Source: a virus
Length of the DNA: 64,000 nucleotides
Reading direction: 5' to 3' (one strand)
IMG/VR virus record: IMGVR_UViG_3300047472_000155
Coordinates: 32,001-96,000 of that record
The stretch's first letter is position 1. Each line of letters begins with the position of its first letter. Under the pieces are notes generated by a model. The model saw nothing but the letters and a program-made list of their open reading frames with translations, was not told the DNA's origin and did not search any database. The translations under genes were made by a program, and so were the position numbers. Below are positions 17,889-28,388 of this stretch, piece after piece.

Positions 17889-18782
17889 ATGAATAATAAA
17901 GTAAGTGTAGATGTTAAAAATAATTATAATGTTCAAACACCGTTGTCAAATGTATTGGCAAGTGTATTCTCTTACAATGACAATCATACCGTCAGAACTT
18001 TAATGATTGACAATGAACCGTGGTTTGTTGCAAAAGATGTGTGTGATATCTTAGAAATATCGAAATATCGTGACGCATTAAGTAGATTGGATGATGATGA
18101 AAGGGGGTCGGTATTAGTGGATACCCCTGGAGGAAAGCAAGAAATGGGCGCTGTTAATGAATCTGGATTATATTCGATTATCATGAAGAGTCGAAAACCA
18201 GAAGCTAAGGTATTTAAAAAATGGATTACACATGAGGTTATACCTTCTATTCGAAAAAGTGGAAAATATGATGTAGTAAATACCATTCAGGATTCATACA
18301 TGATTCAAAATCCAGTTGAACGGGCTAAGGCGTGGATTGTAGAACAGGAAAAACTTCAATTAGCAGAATTACAAGTTAAAGAATTGGAGATTGTAGTAGT
18401 AAAAAAAGATGAAGTAATTTTAGAGAAAGATGAAATGATTCAAGAATTAGAACCAGATGCCATATATGCAAGAGACATGTTGATTGGGAATGGTCTTTCA
18501 TTAGCAACTGACATAGCAAAGATTTATGGAATGAGTTCTCATAAATTTAATAAATTACTTAATACACTCAACGTGCAATACAAACTAAAAGGTTCTAATC
18601 ATTGGTTGTTATATAGTAAATACGATGGGCTTGGCTACACTCATTTAAAAAGTACTAGGATAGAAACAAAATATGACTCCAAGACTAGTTACACTATGAT
18701 GTGGACTGAAAAAGGGAAAAGGTTCCTTTATGATTTATTATCTGAATTAAATATTTATCCAGATATTGTAAGTGTAAAATAA
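17889..18782 (+). CDS. BRO-N / KilA-C phage antirepressor
   Basis: EPWFVAKDVCDIL..VNESGLYSII..SRKPEAK.FKKWITHEVIPSIRKSG; C-terminal WTEKGKRFLY. Confidence 0.92.
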   Translation: MNNKVSVDVKNNYNVQTPLSNVLASVFSYNDNHTVRTLMIDNEPWFVAKDVCDILEISKYRDALSRLDDDERGSVLVDTPGGKQEMGAVNESGLYSIIMKSRKPEAKVFKKWITHEVIPSIRKSGKYDVVNTIQDSYMIQNPVERAKAWIVEQEKLQLAELQVKELEIVVVKKDEVILEKDEMIQELEPDAIYARDMLIGNGLSLATDIAKIYGMSSHKFNKLLNTLNVQYKLKGSNHWLLYSKYDGLGYTHLKSTRIETKYDSKTSYTMMWTEKGKRFLYDLLSELNIYPDIVSVK

Positions 18783-18788
18783 AATTAA

Positions 18789-19355
<567 letters not shown>

Positions 19356-19385
19356 TTTCATGAACATAAAGGGAGTGAATTGTAA

Positions 19386-19730
19386 ATGTCAGAATTGAAC
19401 AAAGAAGAAATGAAAGAAATGGCACGTGTATTTTTCATGTTTAAAAAACAAGGTTTACACGTTTCGTTTAAAGAAGTTGCAGAAGTTACTTTCTTTGACT
19501 TTAAGACAGATGAAAGATCAGATAGTAAAAAAAATCTTGAATCACTCATAGAACAAATGTTTGATAAAACAAAGGATAGGATTTTAAATGAAGGATATTT
19601 GACTTCTCCAGCTCCATATATTATCCATGAAGGAAAGTATCTTGATTTCCGTGAAGATTATTCAGATGAGTATATTGTAAATAAACTTATGCTTGGTAAA
19701 ATGAAAAGGGTGATATATTATGAACGATAA
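19386..19730 (+). CDS. Hypothetical protein
   Basis: 114-aa ORF with GGGAG RBS. Confidence 0.6.
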   Translation: MSELNKEEMKEMARVFFMFKKQGLHVSFKEVAEVTFFDFKTDERSDSKKNLESLIEQMFDKTKDRILNEGYLTSPAPYIIHEGKYLDFREDYSDEYIVNKLMLGKMKRVIYYER

Positions 19731-20028
19731 AGAATGGGAAACAAGAGAATGGAAAACAAGAGAAGTGAGCGATATTAAGCTTATAAACAAAGAAACAGGA
19801 GAGGTAGTTCTTTATATGAATTCATTAAAAGAAACAAAATTTCCTATTACAAATTTGCCATCGTTAGCAAATGTTCAAGTTAGCGCTATTCGTACTATGT
19901 GGGAGATTGCACAAAATAGAATAGATGATATTTATTCTGTCGAAGGTGCTAAAATTGAGAAACAAGCTTTTGAACGTTGGATGGAAATTGTTTTTCCATT
20001 TAATTATATGGATATTATAAGAGCATGA
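19720..20028 (+). CDS. Hypothetical protein
   Basis: 102-aa ORF, coupled to the previous one. Confidence 0.6.
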   Translation: MNDKEWETREWKTREVSDIKLINKETGEVVLYMNSLKETKFPITNLPSLANVQVSAIRTMWEIAQNRIDDIYSVEGAKIEKQAFERWMEIVFPFNYMDIIRA

Positions 20029-20236
20029 AACAAAAACACTATAAACCAACTAAGAAGATTAAATCTGAGTTACTTTTGCAAGGAAATAAATGTGAGTGCT
20101 GATATCCTCTTCCATTGCAACCAAGATCAATACATGAAGGATTTTGGTATTATGGTCAAGTATACGTAGAGTATACAGAGAATTGTACGTGGTGTGGCAA
20201 ATCAAATACATGGAAAGCATAAGGAGTGATGATGTA

Positions 20237-20461
20237 ATGTTCTATGTTCACGTTAAAAGTGGTACTAATGGTTATAGCGATTACGGTAATTGCGATTTAA
20301 TGATTAAAGATATTGATAGTTCTAATGTTCCACATGTTGGTGATTTCCTCACAATTGACAATGTCAAATACTTAGTAAGAGAAGTAAATAGGAAGTATTC
20401 CAATGCGTATCAAAGTGATGGTATGCTAGAATATATTTATGTATATGTTATAAATGCTTAA
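20237..20461 (+). CDS. Hypothetical protein
   Basis: AAGGAG RBS before MFYVHVK. Confidence 0.55.
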   Translation: MFYVHVKSGTNGYSDYGNCDLMIKDIDSSNVPHVGDFLTIDNVKYLVREVNRKYSNAYQSDGMLEYIYVYVINA

Positions 20462-20489
20462 CTAAATACAAATATTAAAAGCGCTGGAA

Positions 20490-21041
20490 TTATCCAGCGC
20501 TTCTTTTTATATCTACCTCTACATTTCCAGTTGAAGATACAGTATGAGTTACTTCCTTTACTTCATCCTCTGCAAACATCTTTCGCGCTTTCTCCATTAC
20601 CTTTAAAATGTACGTGTAACTCTCTTCTAACTCTTTACGCTCATTTGCCATGTCACGCATGATTCGTGATTGTTCTGTCAATCTCTTGTCTTGATCAATT
20701 ACTTTTTGATGTAACGTTTTATTTTGCTTTTGTAAATTTTTTAGAAGATCAACAAATCCATCCATTGTTTCTCTTACTTTATTGGCAAGTGTGAAAGATG
20801 TGTTAGATGTATATGCTTCTAATGTAGACTCATCTAGTCCGGTTTCACTTTCCGACATTAAATGTTTGTACCATCGGTTACGACACATATAGAATGTGAT
20901 GCCTAATTCGTTTGCCGCTTCTTTAAATGCTCTTGTTGCACTATTAGGATACTTGGTAACAAGCCTTCTCAGAACCGAATCTTCCTCATCTGTCCAATCG
21001 TGATTAGCACTTTTTTTCTTTATTTCCACAGAAGAGATCAC
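20490..21041 (-). CDS. RsfA-like (SANT/Myb) transcriptional regulator with coiled coil
   Basis: WTDEEDSVL..AFKEAANELG.T..C..RW followed by a heptad region. Confidence 0.75.
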   Translation of the reverse strand: MISSVEIKKKSANHDWTDEEDSVLRRLVTKYPNSATRAFKEAANELGITFYMCRNRWYKHLMSESETGLDESTLEAYTSNTSFTLANKVRETMDGFVDLLKNLQKQNKTLHQKVIDQDKRLTEQSRIMRDMANERKELEESYTYILKVMEKARKMFAEDEVKEVTHTVSSTGNVEVDIKRSAG

Positions 21042-21608
21042 CCATCCCTATATAGTATTTGTTAGCCATGTTTACTAATTATAGGATACACAACTTGAAC
21101 ATATTAGTCAAGCTATTGGTAAACGGCTAAATGTGTCTAGGTATAATATGGGAAATGGTAGGTAAATATTTGGAACAGGTTTCAGAACACAGGGTACTCT
21201 ATATATCGAAAAGCTATAAAAATGTTATAACTAAGCCCCCCTACCTAGTGTGCATATAATAGATGACATTACATGGTTTTATTTTTTAACGTAGAGTAGG
21301 GTGAAAAGTAGATGTCTGAACATCTTGACGATTTTTTATGTGAAAATAATAGCATGGATATCTAATTGAAATGTGAGTACATATAAGTGGTTTACCGTTA
21401 AAGAGCAAAGTCGTCTGCGTTAAAAATAAAACGTGCGAAAATAGGGTATGTTGAGATGTGAGTATGTTTGTAGTTGTTCAGTAGTGTAATGTGATGGGAT
21501 TATAGTGTGATACAAATTGAATGGAAATAAAGTAATCGAGCGCAATTGCAGTGCCCAGGGGTATATGGAAATTGAATCCAGATCTGCATGTTATAACCTA
21601 CCCCCGGC

Positions 21609-21636
21609 ATGTCGTGGAATTAACGTTCCGCGACAT
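21609..21636. repeat. GC-rich palindrome next to a C-tract, near a strand-composition switch
   Basis: ATGTCGTGGAA-TTAACG-TTCCGCGACAT directly after TGTTATAACCTACCCCCGG. Confidence 0.6.
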
Positions 21637-21820
21637 TAATCGAGAATATACATTATATTGTGTAAAATACCATATTTTGGCTAATATTTGATAATTGCTA
21701 AATAATGGATATTTTTCATTTTTTTAAAAAATTTTAAAATTTTAAAAATTGCATATATTCAAGCTCACACAACGGAGTGATATAACACCAATCGCATGAT
21801 GCAAGACACCCTCACCACTA

Positions 21821-22298
21821 TGCACAACTATATTGCACACAATCTAATTTTATATTATTCAATTTATTACTATATTATCATCAACAATTCACATTGCAAC
21901 AATTCACATTCCCACAATATACCCAACATGCACATATATCTCACTCAATCAAATAATGCACAATATCCATGCAATACACACAATCTAATCGTCAATATGT
22001 ATACAATCCATACGATAGAGCTAGACATCAATCATAGAAATCAATCATAGACATCAATACGAGATAATCATACATAATTCAATCTAACACCATTTAATTG
22101 TATAAAATAGATGATGCACACATACATATCATGCACAATTCAATCACTCAATATTTAATTGTGCACAATTGAATCAATACCAATATAATTAATAGCCATA
22201 TAATGATATTCAATGTAATCAACTCCGATTATATTTCTAAAAACCGTAAATGCGTATATATGCAATACTATGTCAATATACCTAATATATTATGCACA
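21821..22298. repeat. Eight TGCACA hexamers, including the palindrome AATTGTGCACAATT
   Basis: TGCACA at 21821, 21834, 21929, 21957, 22115, 22132, 22162, 22293. Confidence 0.65.
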
Positions 22299-22325
22299 CA
22301 TAGGCATATATTGTATGATCTAGGA

Positions 22326-23983
22326 TGTAAGCGTTTAATTTTAAGGTATAAGGCGTATATCATCAATACCTAACAATACCATTACCCTATAGGATAGAGT
22401 GTCTTATACGCAATCCTACCATGACATATATTATGTATATTCTTACAATATAATACATATGATATACTCACTATGATATTATGTATATGTATATATCTAT
22501 ATGTATATATCTATGTGTTAATATCATATTGATAGTAATGATATGATACATACAACATGTATCTATCTATGTGATACTATCTATATGATAATATGTATGT
22601 GTATGTATCTATATGTTACTATCTACATATACATATCATATTGTTATTATCATAATGTTAGTATCTATGTGGATATATGACGATACTTGCAACATGCGAG
22701 CAATATGATATCGACCTAGCATATAGCAACGTGATATATATAGTACATACATATGAGCACTCACACATATAAGATAAAGTCAATAGGGAACATATATACC
22801 CATCTATATGCGTTACAATGCATTGTAATGGGCAAGTTGTTTACTCATTGTTTATACATTGATTTAAAACGATAGAAAGCGCTTACTTGGGAAATAGTGC
22901 ACACCTACGCCATTTGCAAACGCTTACATATTAGAAATGGACAATTATTTCCCAAAACGCATGTATAAGTATTCATTATTAGTGTATATGAAAGCGGTTA
23001 AATGCATGATTATGCATAGAAGCATACGAATGTATGATAAAATGAGGATAAAGTGCTAATATATCAATTGATCTAAATAATGGATAAGTTTTTAATTTTC
23101 AATCTAATATTGATATATGTTTGACTTATTGCTGACTGAAAGTGCTTACATACATAAAATGTAAAATATGTATGTAATTAATATGAAAACGCTTACATTT
23201 TCGGATCGCAAGATATGTAAATAAATATATAAATTACTATAAAATGTATATTTTTATTATTTAAAAAAGTCAAGTAGTAAATTGATAATTATGTGAACAT
23301 TATGTGAACATGCAATTAATCAATTGGTATAATCATTGAGATATTCCGTATAGAGTAAATACACACAATTGATCCATAGAGGGTATTAGGGTTCCGTATT
23401 TTCAATTCCACGGCACAAGTAGTGTACTTGTTAGGGGTAGAATATAAAGCCTCTTAGAAGGGCAAATAAAGCGCTTACATTTGACATACATTTATGTGTG
23501 TTAAAGTGTAGTCAAATAGCAAAATGTATAAATATACATGATATACGTTGCGTTATTGATCCGCAATAATTACCGAACATTCAAAAAAGCCTTATGTATC
23601 AACGATCTGATTCGCTAACTTTCTGATAGCTTACATAATAAATCTGATTTATCGCACATATAAAAATTTTCTATTCCCTTATAGAATAAGGGTTTTAGGA
23701 CTTATGTAAAAATATGTTTATGCATACCCGAATATAATTGTGTCTAAAATATGTACGTTTATTCATTTAAATTTTAAAAACCTATTGACATTTAAAAATC
23801 ATTTGATCTAGCATTTGCAAAACACGAACATTCTGACCAACAGTGGCATAGTTTATGAGCTAAATCCGAACATTCGAGTATATAAAGCGCTTACAATAAA
23901 ATATCCTAAAAATATACGAACATAAATTCGTATATTGACATCTGAAATAATATGTGATTTTAATTAAAATGAAAGCGTTTTAT
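22326..23983. promoter_or_regulatory. Array of nine CcpA cre-like sites
   Basis: TGTAAGCGTTTAAT 22326, AGAAAGCGCTTACT 22874, TGCAAACGCTTACA 22915, TGAAAGCGGTTAAA 22989, TGAAAGTGCTTACA 23137, TGAAAACGCTTACA 23184, ATAAAGCGCTTACA 23466 and 23882, TGAAAGCGTTTTAT 23970; consensus TGWAANCGNTNWCA. Confidence 0.75.
22962..23538. promoter_or_regulatory. Three ARG-box-like palindromes (ArgR/AhrC)
   Basis: TGTATAAGTATTCA 22962, TGCATGATTATGCA 23003, TGTATAAATATACA 23525. Confidence 0.5.
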
Positions 23984-24015
23984 TGACAATATATGTAAAA
24001 AACATACGAACAAAT
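23568..24015 (+). promoter_or_regulatory. Five PurBox-like CGAACAWW motifs (PurR)
   Basis: CGAAC at 23574, 23825, 23867, 23917, 24007; AAAACACGAACATT at 23819-23832. Confidence 0.55.
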
Positions 24016-24056
24016 GGGAACAAATTGTGAATATTGTGTGTCATATCTTTATGCAC

Positions 24057-24086
24057 TTGACATGCAATCCTACTATGAAATAGTAT
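24057..24086 (+). promoter_or_regulatory. Sigma-A promoter for the large RNA / early region
   Basis: TTGACA-N18-TAGTAT; further TTGACA at 23481, 23785, 23935, 23983. Confidence 0.65.
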
Positions 24087-24094
24087 GGAGAAGC

Positions 24095-24802
24095 AAACAA
24101 GACAAAACACACCTAGAGCACGAATGAGTGACCGACATTAATAGGTCGCACACGAACGGACACAATGACGGATAAGCTACCGACACACGAATAAGCCTAG
24201 CTACTAGAATTTTAGTAACTAACTTATGGTAAGTGTTAGATAAAATGAGGGTGAATAGGTTGAACACGTTATGCAATGCTAACACGCCTATGAACTATGG
24301 CGAATGACCATAGAAGAAAGGGAATGGTGAGAAGCCCAAAGCGGCATGTATGCACGAAAGGTCATTCGATATGATAACCTAGACGCTCATACATTGATTG
24401 CATTTAATATCATTGGTTCCTTGACAATCTAACGGTTTATCGCATACCTAGACTACGCCGAAAGGCAATGTCAAAAGCGATACATTGTGTGAGGTCTATG
24501 TGCCTAGTAGTGTATAGGGTTAAGGGCAACAAAATGACGAAAGGTTAGTCAATGGTACGTGCATTATGAGCGTACATGATACACATGTAAGGCATTGCGT
24601 ACATGTGTATGGCATAAACTAATTTAGTAACGTTTTGGATACCATGAGAGTAATACATGAAGGACAATGCCATGGATAGCGTACTATCGTTAACTCACAA
24701 TGTAAAAGGAATAATCGTTGTTCAAGATAGTGCGAAATTCGTAGTATCTTGAACAACGTTGTAAGCAACTAATATAATGTAAGTTAGTTGTTTACAACGT
24801 TG
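24095..24802 (+). ncRNA. Candidate large structured RNA (~600-700 nt)
   Basis: No ORF; higher GC; nested long-range helices CGAATGACC/GGTCATTCG, ACGCTCATA/TATGAGCGT, CATTGATTG/TAGTCAATG, CCTTGAC/GTTAAGG, TATCGC/GCGATA; GCC-GAAA-GGC tetraloop. Confidence 0.78.
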
Positions 24803-24828
24803 TACATACAACGAATAAAAACATTGGA

Positions 24829-25494
24829 GTGATTGAAATGCATTTGCCACAACTTAAAGTGTTAGACCGTAAAACGATTATCAATGTACCAATTCTATGC
24901 GGCACAAAAGAATTTGACCAATATTCGGAAATTAACTCTCTTACGGCATCGGGTGAAACGTTTAAAAGTACTAGTTCAACATCAAGCAAATATAATCTTG
25001 CTTCGGTACACGCTTGGGTCAATATTGACCAATTACAAGCCGATGGAATTATTACTAAATTAGGTTTCGGAAGATGGGAAACCGAATTGTCGGAAAAGAA
25101 CGGTATACATTACACAATGAAAATTGATGAAACCGGAGAGGGAAAATATGTAAAAGGTAAGATCACTTACAATATTGTAGCGGTTGAAGTTAATGGTAAA
25201 AAATACACCGTCAAAAACGATCACAAATTGCCAAATGGCACGGAAATGCAAACAAGTTTCGAAATGACTTATAATGGTAAAAGTGCTAAAAATTCCACAT
25301 TGTTCGGATTCTTGCGCCGCATTATCTACAATGGATTACTTCAATTTGACAAGGTTGATCATCTTGAATTGATGGTAGCTAAACCTAAAACACCATCAAA
25401 ACCTAAAGCCAAACCTAAAGCGGCAAGCGTAGATATTCCAAAAGGCAAGGGTGCGGACAAACAAGAGAGTGCACAAAAAGCCGCAAATGAATGA
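24829..25494 (+). CDS. Hypothetical early protein with Lys/Pro/Ala-rich tail
   Basis: 221-aa ORF, GGAG RBS, first ORF after the large RNA. Confidence 0.75.
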   Translation: MIEMHLPQLKVLDRKTIINVPILCGTKEFDQYSEINSLTASGETFKSTSSTSSKYNLASVHAWVNIDQLQADGIITKLGFGRWETELSEKNGIHYTMKIDETGEGKYVKGKITYNIVAVEVNGKKYTVKNDHKLPNGTEMQTSFEMTYNGKSAKNSTLFGFLRRIIYNGLLQFDKVDHLELMVAKPKTPSKPKAKPKAASVDIPKGKGADKQESAQKAANE

Positions 25495-25607
25495 TGCGGC
25501 TTTTTGATTTTGAAACTAAATTTAAAAATGATAGTAGCTAACATTTAGTAAGCACTTAAAATGTTAGCTATTTTTGATTTTTAAATTAAAGAAAGGAATG
25601 GTAAAAT

Positions 25608-25784
25608 ATGGCAACTATGACAATGGAACAAAAGTATTACAACATAAAGCAAGAATTGAAAAATGCCAATAACAACCTTGATTTCAAGGCAATTAAACGA
25701 TTACAAAATAAACTTACCAAATGGCAACAAGCGTATGGAGCGTATGCACCTATAACACAAACAAACTTTCATAAATACGATTAA
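25608..25784 (+). CDS. Small hypothetical protein (58 aa, not in ORF track)
   Basis: AAGGA RBS; MATMTMEQKYYNIKQELK.. Confidence 0.6.
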   Translation: MATMTMEQKYYNIKQELKNANNNLDFKAIKRLQNKLTKWQQAYGAYAPITQTNFHKYD

Positions 25785-25789
25785 AAGGA

Positions 25790-26065
25790 ATGATTATAAT
25801 GATGATGGAAATTTTAGAAAAAGATAAGACAGAAGTAAGATCAGTAATTGGTAAGCGGCTACGTACAATGATTAAGACATTGCCACAACATGTAAAAGCA
25901 GATATTTTTAATATGATACATAACCAATCAACAAAGGATTATGCATGTTATGGTAAGTCATATGTTGAATTACAATTTGTCAATCATGAGTTATCAGCAA
26001 TCACATTAGATGCAATCAACATCAAGGATAACACATCCAAACGCTTCATGCTTTTAATATCATAA
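25790..26065 (+). CDS. Hypothetical protein
   Basis: ORF with AAGGA RBS. Confidence 0.6.
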   Translation: MIIMMMEILEKDKTEVRSVIGKRLRTMIKTLPQHVKADIFNMIHNQSTKDYACYGKSYVELQFVNHELSAITLDAINIKDNTSKRFMLLIS

Positions 26066-26173
26066 ATATCAGATAAAATTCAATTCAGTGAATGATAGTT
26101 CCCTATAACACACATAAGTATAGGGAACAATTGATTTATTGAATTACAAATAATACAAAAAGGATGATAAAAT

Positions 26174-26353
26174 ATGGAAAAATTGAATCATTATAGTTTT
26201 GAAGTTATTTTTATGGATGGAGAAGAAAAATGGATATCAAATAATAATGTAAGCATGAATGAGGCAATGATACAAATAATTAGAACAGAAGAAAAAGATA
26301 TCAGAAAAATAACAATAATGGAAATGAGTACTAATACTAATAAAGTAATTTGA
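26174..26353 (+). CDS. Small hypothetical protein (59 aa, not in ORF track)
   Basis: AAGGA RBS; MEKLNHYSFEVIFMDGEE.. Confidence 0.6.
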   Translation: MEKLNHYSFEVIFMDGEEKWISNNNVSMNEAMIQIIRTEEKDIRKITIMEMSTNTNKVI

Positions 26354-26430
26354 AAAGATAGGGAGATACAATATTTTGAATTGTATCTCTTAATTGTTTT
26401 CAAATTTAACACTTAAAGGGTGATAACACA

Positions 26431-26697
26431 ATGTCAAGTGTAAAACAAGAGAAATTCAAGGAAGTCAAGGCGCAACATGAGCTATTGAAAAAAATTAGCT
26501 TCACATCAACTCTGATAAAAGAAATTAATGATTCCTTGTTTGCTTCTAATCAAGCTTTTGTGGAATTTTCTGGTGACGATGTAAACTATCAGACAATGAT
26601 CAGCATTAAGTTAGTGGAACGTTTGTTCTTTGAACAAGGTGCAAACGTAGTGAGCATGTATGGATCAAAGAAATTCATTTTGTCAATAACAATATAA
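26431..26697 (+). CDS. Hypothetical protein
   Basis: 88-aa ORF with RBS. Confidence 0.65.
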   Translation: MSSVKQEKFKEVKAQHELLKKISFTSTLIKEINDSLFASNQAFVEFSGDDVNYQTMISIKLVERLFFEQGANVVSMYGSKKFILSITI

Positions 26698-26719
26698 CAC
26701 TGAGAAGGAGATGTAACAC

Positions 26720-27037
26720 ATGAGTCTATACGCTGTTACTTTAAGATTAAAACCTGTTCAAATTATTGAAGCATCAAACAGATCAGAAGCAATTGAAATT
26801 GTTCGCAGAAAATTTTTAAATGCCTTTATTACAAAAGTAGAAAAGACGCAAAAACAGAAACTTTGGTGTGACCGTATTGTTATTGTAACGCCAAATAACA
26901 CAAGGTATTTGCCTTTTGAAGTTACATATCATGAATATTGTGACGGAAATGCTCTTATCGAAGCTCAAATAAAATACGGTAAAATTGCTACATGTTCAAT
27001 CAAAAAACCAGTTGAAGCTCTGGCAAATGCAATATAA
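26720..27037 (+). CDS. Hypothetical protein
   Basis: 105-aa ORF, AAGGAG RBS. Confidence 0.65.
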   Translation: MSLYAVTLRLKPVQIIEASNRSEAIEIVRRKFLNAFITKVEKTQKQKLWCDRIVIVTPNNTRYLPFEVTYHEYCDGNALIEAQIKYGKIATCSIKKPVEALANAI

Positions 27038-27136
27038 AATGTTTTAGCAACCATATCAGTGATTTAAGTCACATCAGATTTAAATCACTTAATGGTTTTT
27101 AAAACCAGCAATAACACCATGACAGGAGGAACCCAC

Positions 27137-27349
27137 ATGAAAAAGAATCAAATCAGAAACTTATTTGATGTTGCTGTAGAAATGAGACTATCAGCCCAAT
27201 ATTTTGCGGTAATCCTATTCCAGTTAAACAAAGAATTAGCAGTATGGATCAGAAAACAATGGATTGTAGGACGTATAACACAATCGGAATACACGGACAG
27301 ATTGATGGATTATATAACATTGGAAGTTGAATTTATCGGCGTCAGTTAG
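27137..27349 (+). CDS. Hypothetical protein
   Basis: AGGAGG RBS before MKKNQ. Confidence 0.65.
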   Translation: MKKNQIRNLFDVAVEMRLSAQYFAVILFQLNKELAVWIRKQWIVGRITQSEYTDRLMDYITLEVEFIGVS

Positions 27350-27442
27350 TAAATGACAATGACATTAAGCATAACACGCCTATATATAAGAGGCTTAATG
27401 TTATTAGTGAGTTACTAACAAAACTAAAAAGGATGATTAAAT

Positions 27443-27733
27443 ATGGAAATCAAAAAGAATCATGATGTAATTAAAGCGTTTTTGATGGGTTATAGGGAAG
27501 GTCAGGCTAATCATCTTAAAATTGAAGAAAGAAAAGACCGAACAGCTTTATTGAACTTTGATACAGTAATTGCAGAAATATTTAGTCATGGAAATGAGAT
27601 TCACATCAATAAAAGCAATTATGGAAGAAGTACTACTCGGATTCAGAATATATTGATTAGAGAAGCCACGGAAGGTAAATGCAACGTTGTTTATCATTTC
27701 GATATTGACAAGCATAGCAAGATATTAGTTTGA
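27443..27733 (+). CDS. Hypothetical phage protein
   Basis: 96-aa ORF with RBS. Confidence 0.65.
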   Translation: MEIKKNHDVIKAFLMGYREGQANHLKIEERKDRTALLNFDTVIAEIFSHGNEIHINKSNYGRSTTRIQNILIREATEGKCNVVYHFDIDKHSKILV

Positions 27734-27960
27734 TGATCGACTCAGTAAATGATAGTCTTCTATATAACACCATATTATATAGAAGACAATTGATTCACTG
27801 AATCAATAAAAAATATACATAAAGGAGAGAATACCTATGACTCCAAGTAAACTTGCTGTATTAAAAAGTCAATGGGACAGAAAGCAACAAATGAAAGATA
27901 AAACTATTGTAGGCGCTCTGATTTTGAAATAGTTTTATAAACGAAAGGATGAATATAACA

Positions 27961-28293
27961 ATGAGCAATTACGTGGACAACAGACGGAAATACTTGGATA
28001 AAGTTGTAGAATTTCAGAATGAAGTTGAAAAGATCATGTTTGAAATTGATCTTATCAACTTGGAAAAAGTAAAATATATGAACATGAGAGATCAGACAAT
28101 TCACTTCCGTCTGACAATTTGCAAAGCATTTATTCATGAAGTATTAAGGTTGAATCAAATTCTTGAGCCTAAGATGAAAGAGCTTCAGGAAATGTGGTAC
28201 AAATACGATACAATGCGGTATCAACCGAATAAACAAGAGCGCCTCAGTGCAATGATTGAGGGGATGTATTCGCCAGAAAGAAATATTGGATAA
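27961..28293 (+). CDS. Hypothetical protein
   Basis: AAGGA RBS before MSNYVD. Confidence 0.65.
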   Translation: MSNYVDNRRKYLDKVVEFQNEVEKIMFEIDLINLEKVKYMNMRDQTIHFRLTICKAFIHEVLRLNQILEPKMKELQEMWYKYDTMRYQPNKQERLSAMIEGMYSPERNIG

Positions 28294-28388
28294 CTCAGTG
28301 ATTCATTAAGCCCTTTATATATTATAGAGGGCTTAAATGTTTTACTGAATAATACACTTTTTAAAGGAAAGAGAGAGGATGATTAAAT

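Noticed and set aside
21648-21682. Possible tandem NrdR boxes, and CodY/Rex/Fur-like sites elsewhere in the non-coding region
   Set aside because: Matches are partial and AT-rich; they cannot be separated from chance without a matrix scan.
21796-22050. 84-aa His/Asn-rich ORF
   Set aside because: No RBS; composition reflects low-complexity CA-rich DNA.
22400-22800. TATG/CATA low-complexity tract as a defined repeat or origin
   Set aside because: No consistent unit or DnaA-box cluster could be supported by eye.
23568-24015. LexA SOS-box reading of the CGAAC motifs
   Set aside because: Most are half-sites without GTTC at N4. Only CGAACATAAATTCG (23917-23930) comes close, so PurBox fits better, though LexA is not excluded for that site.
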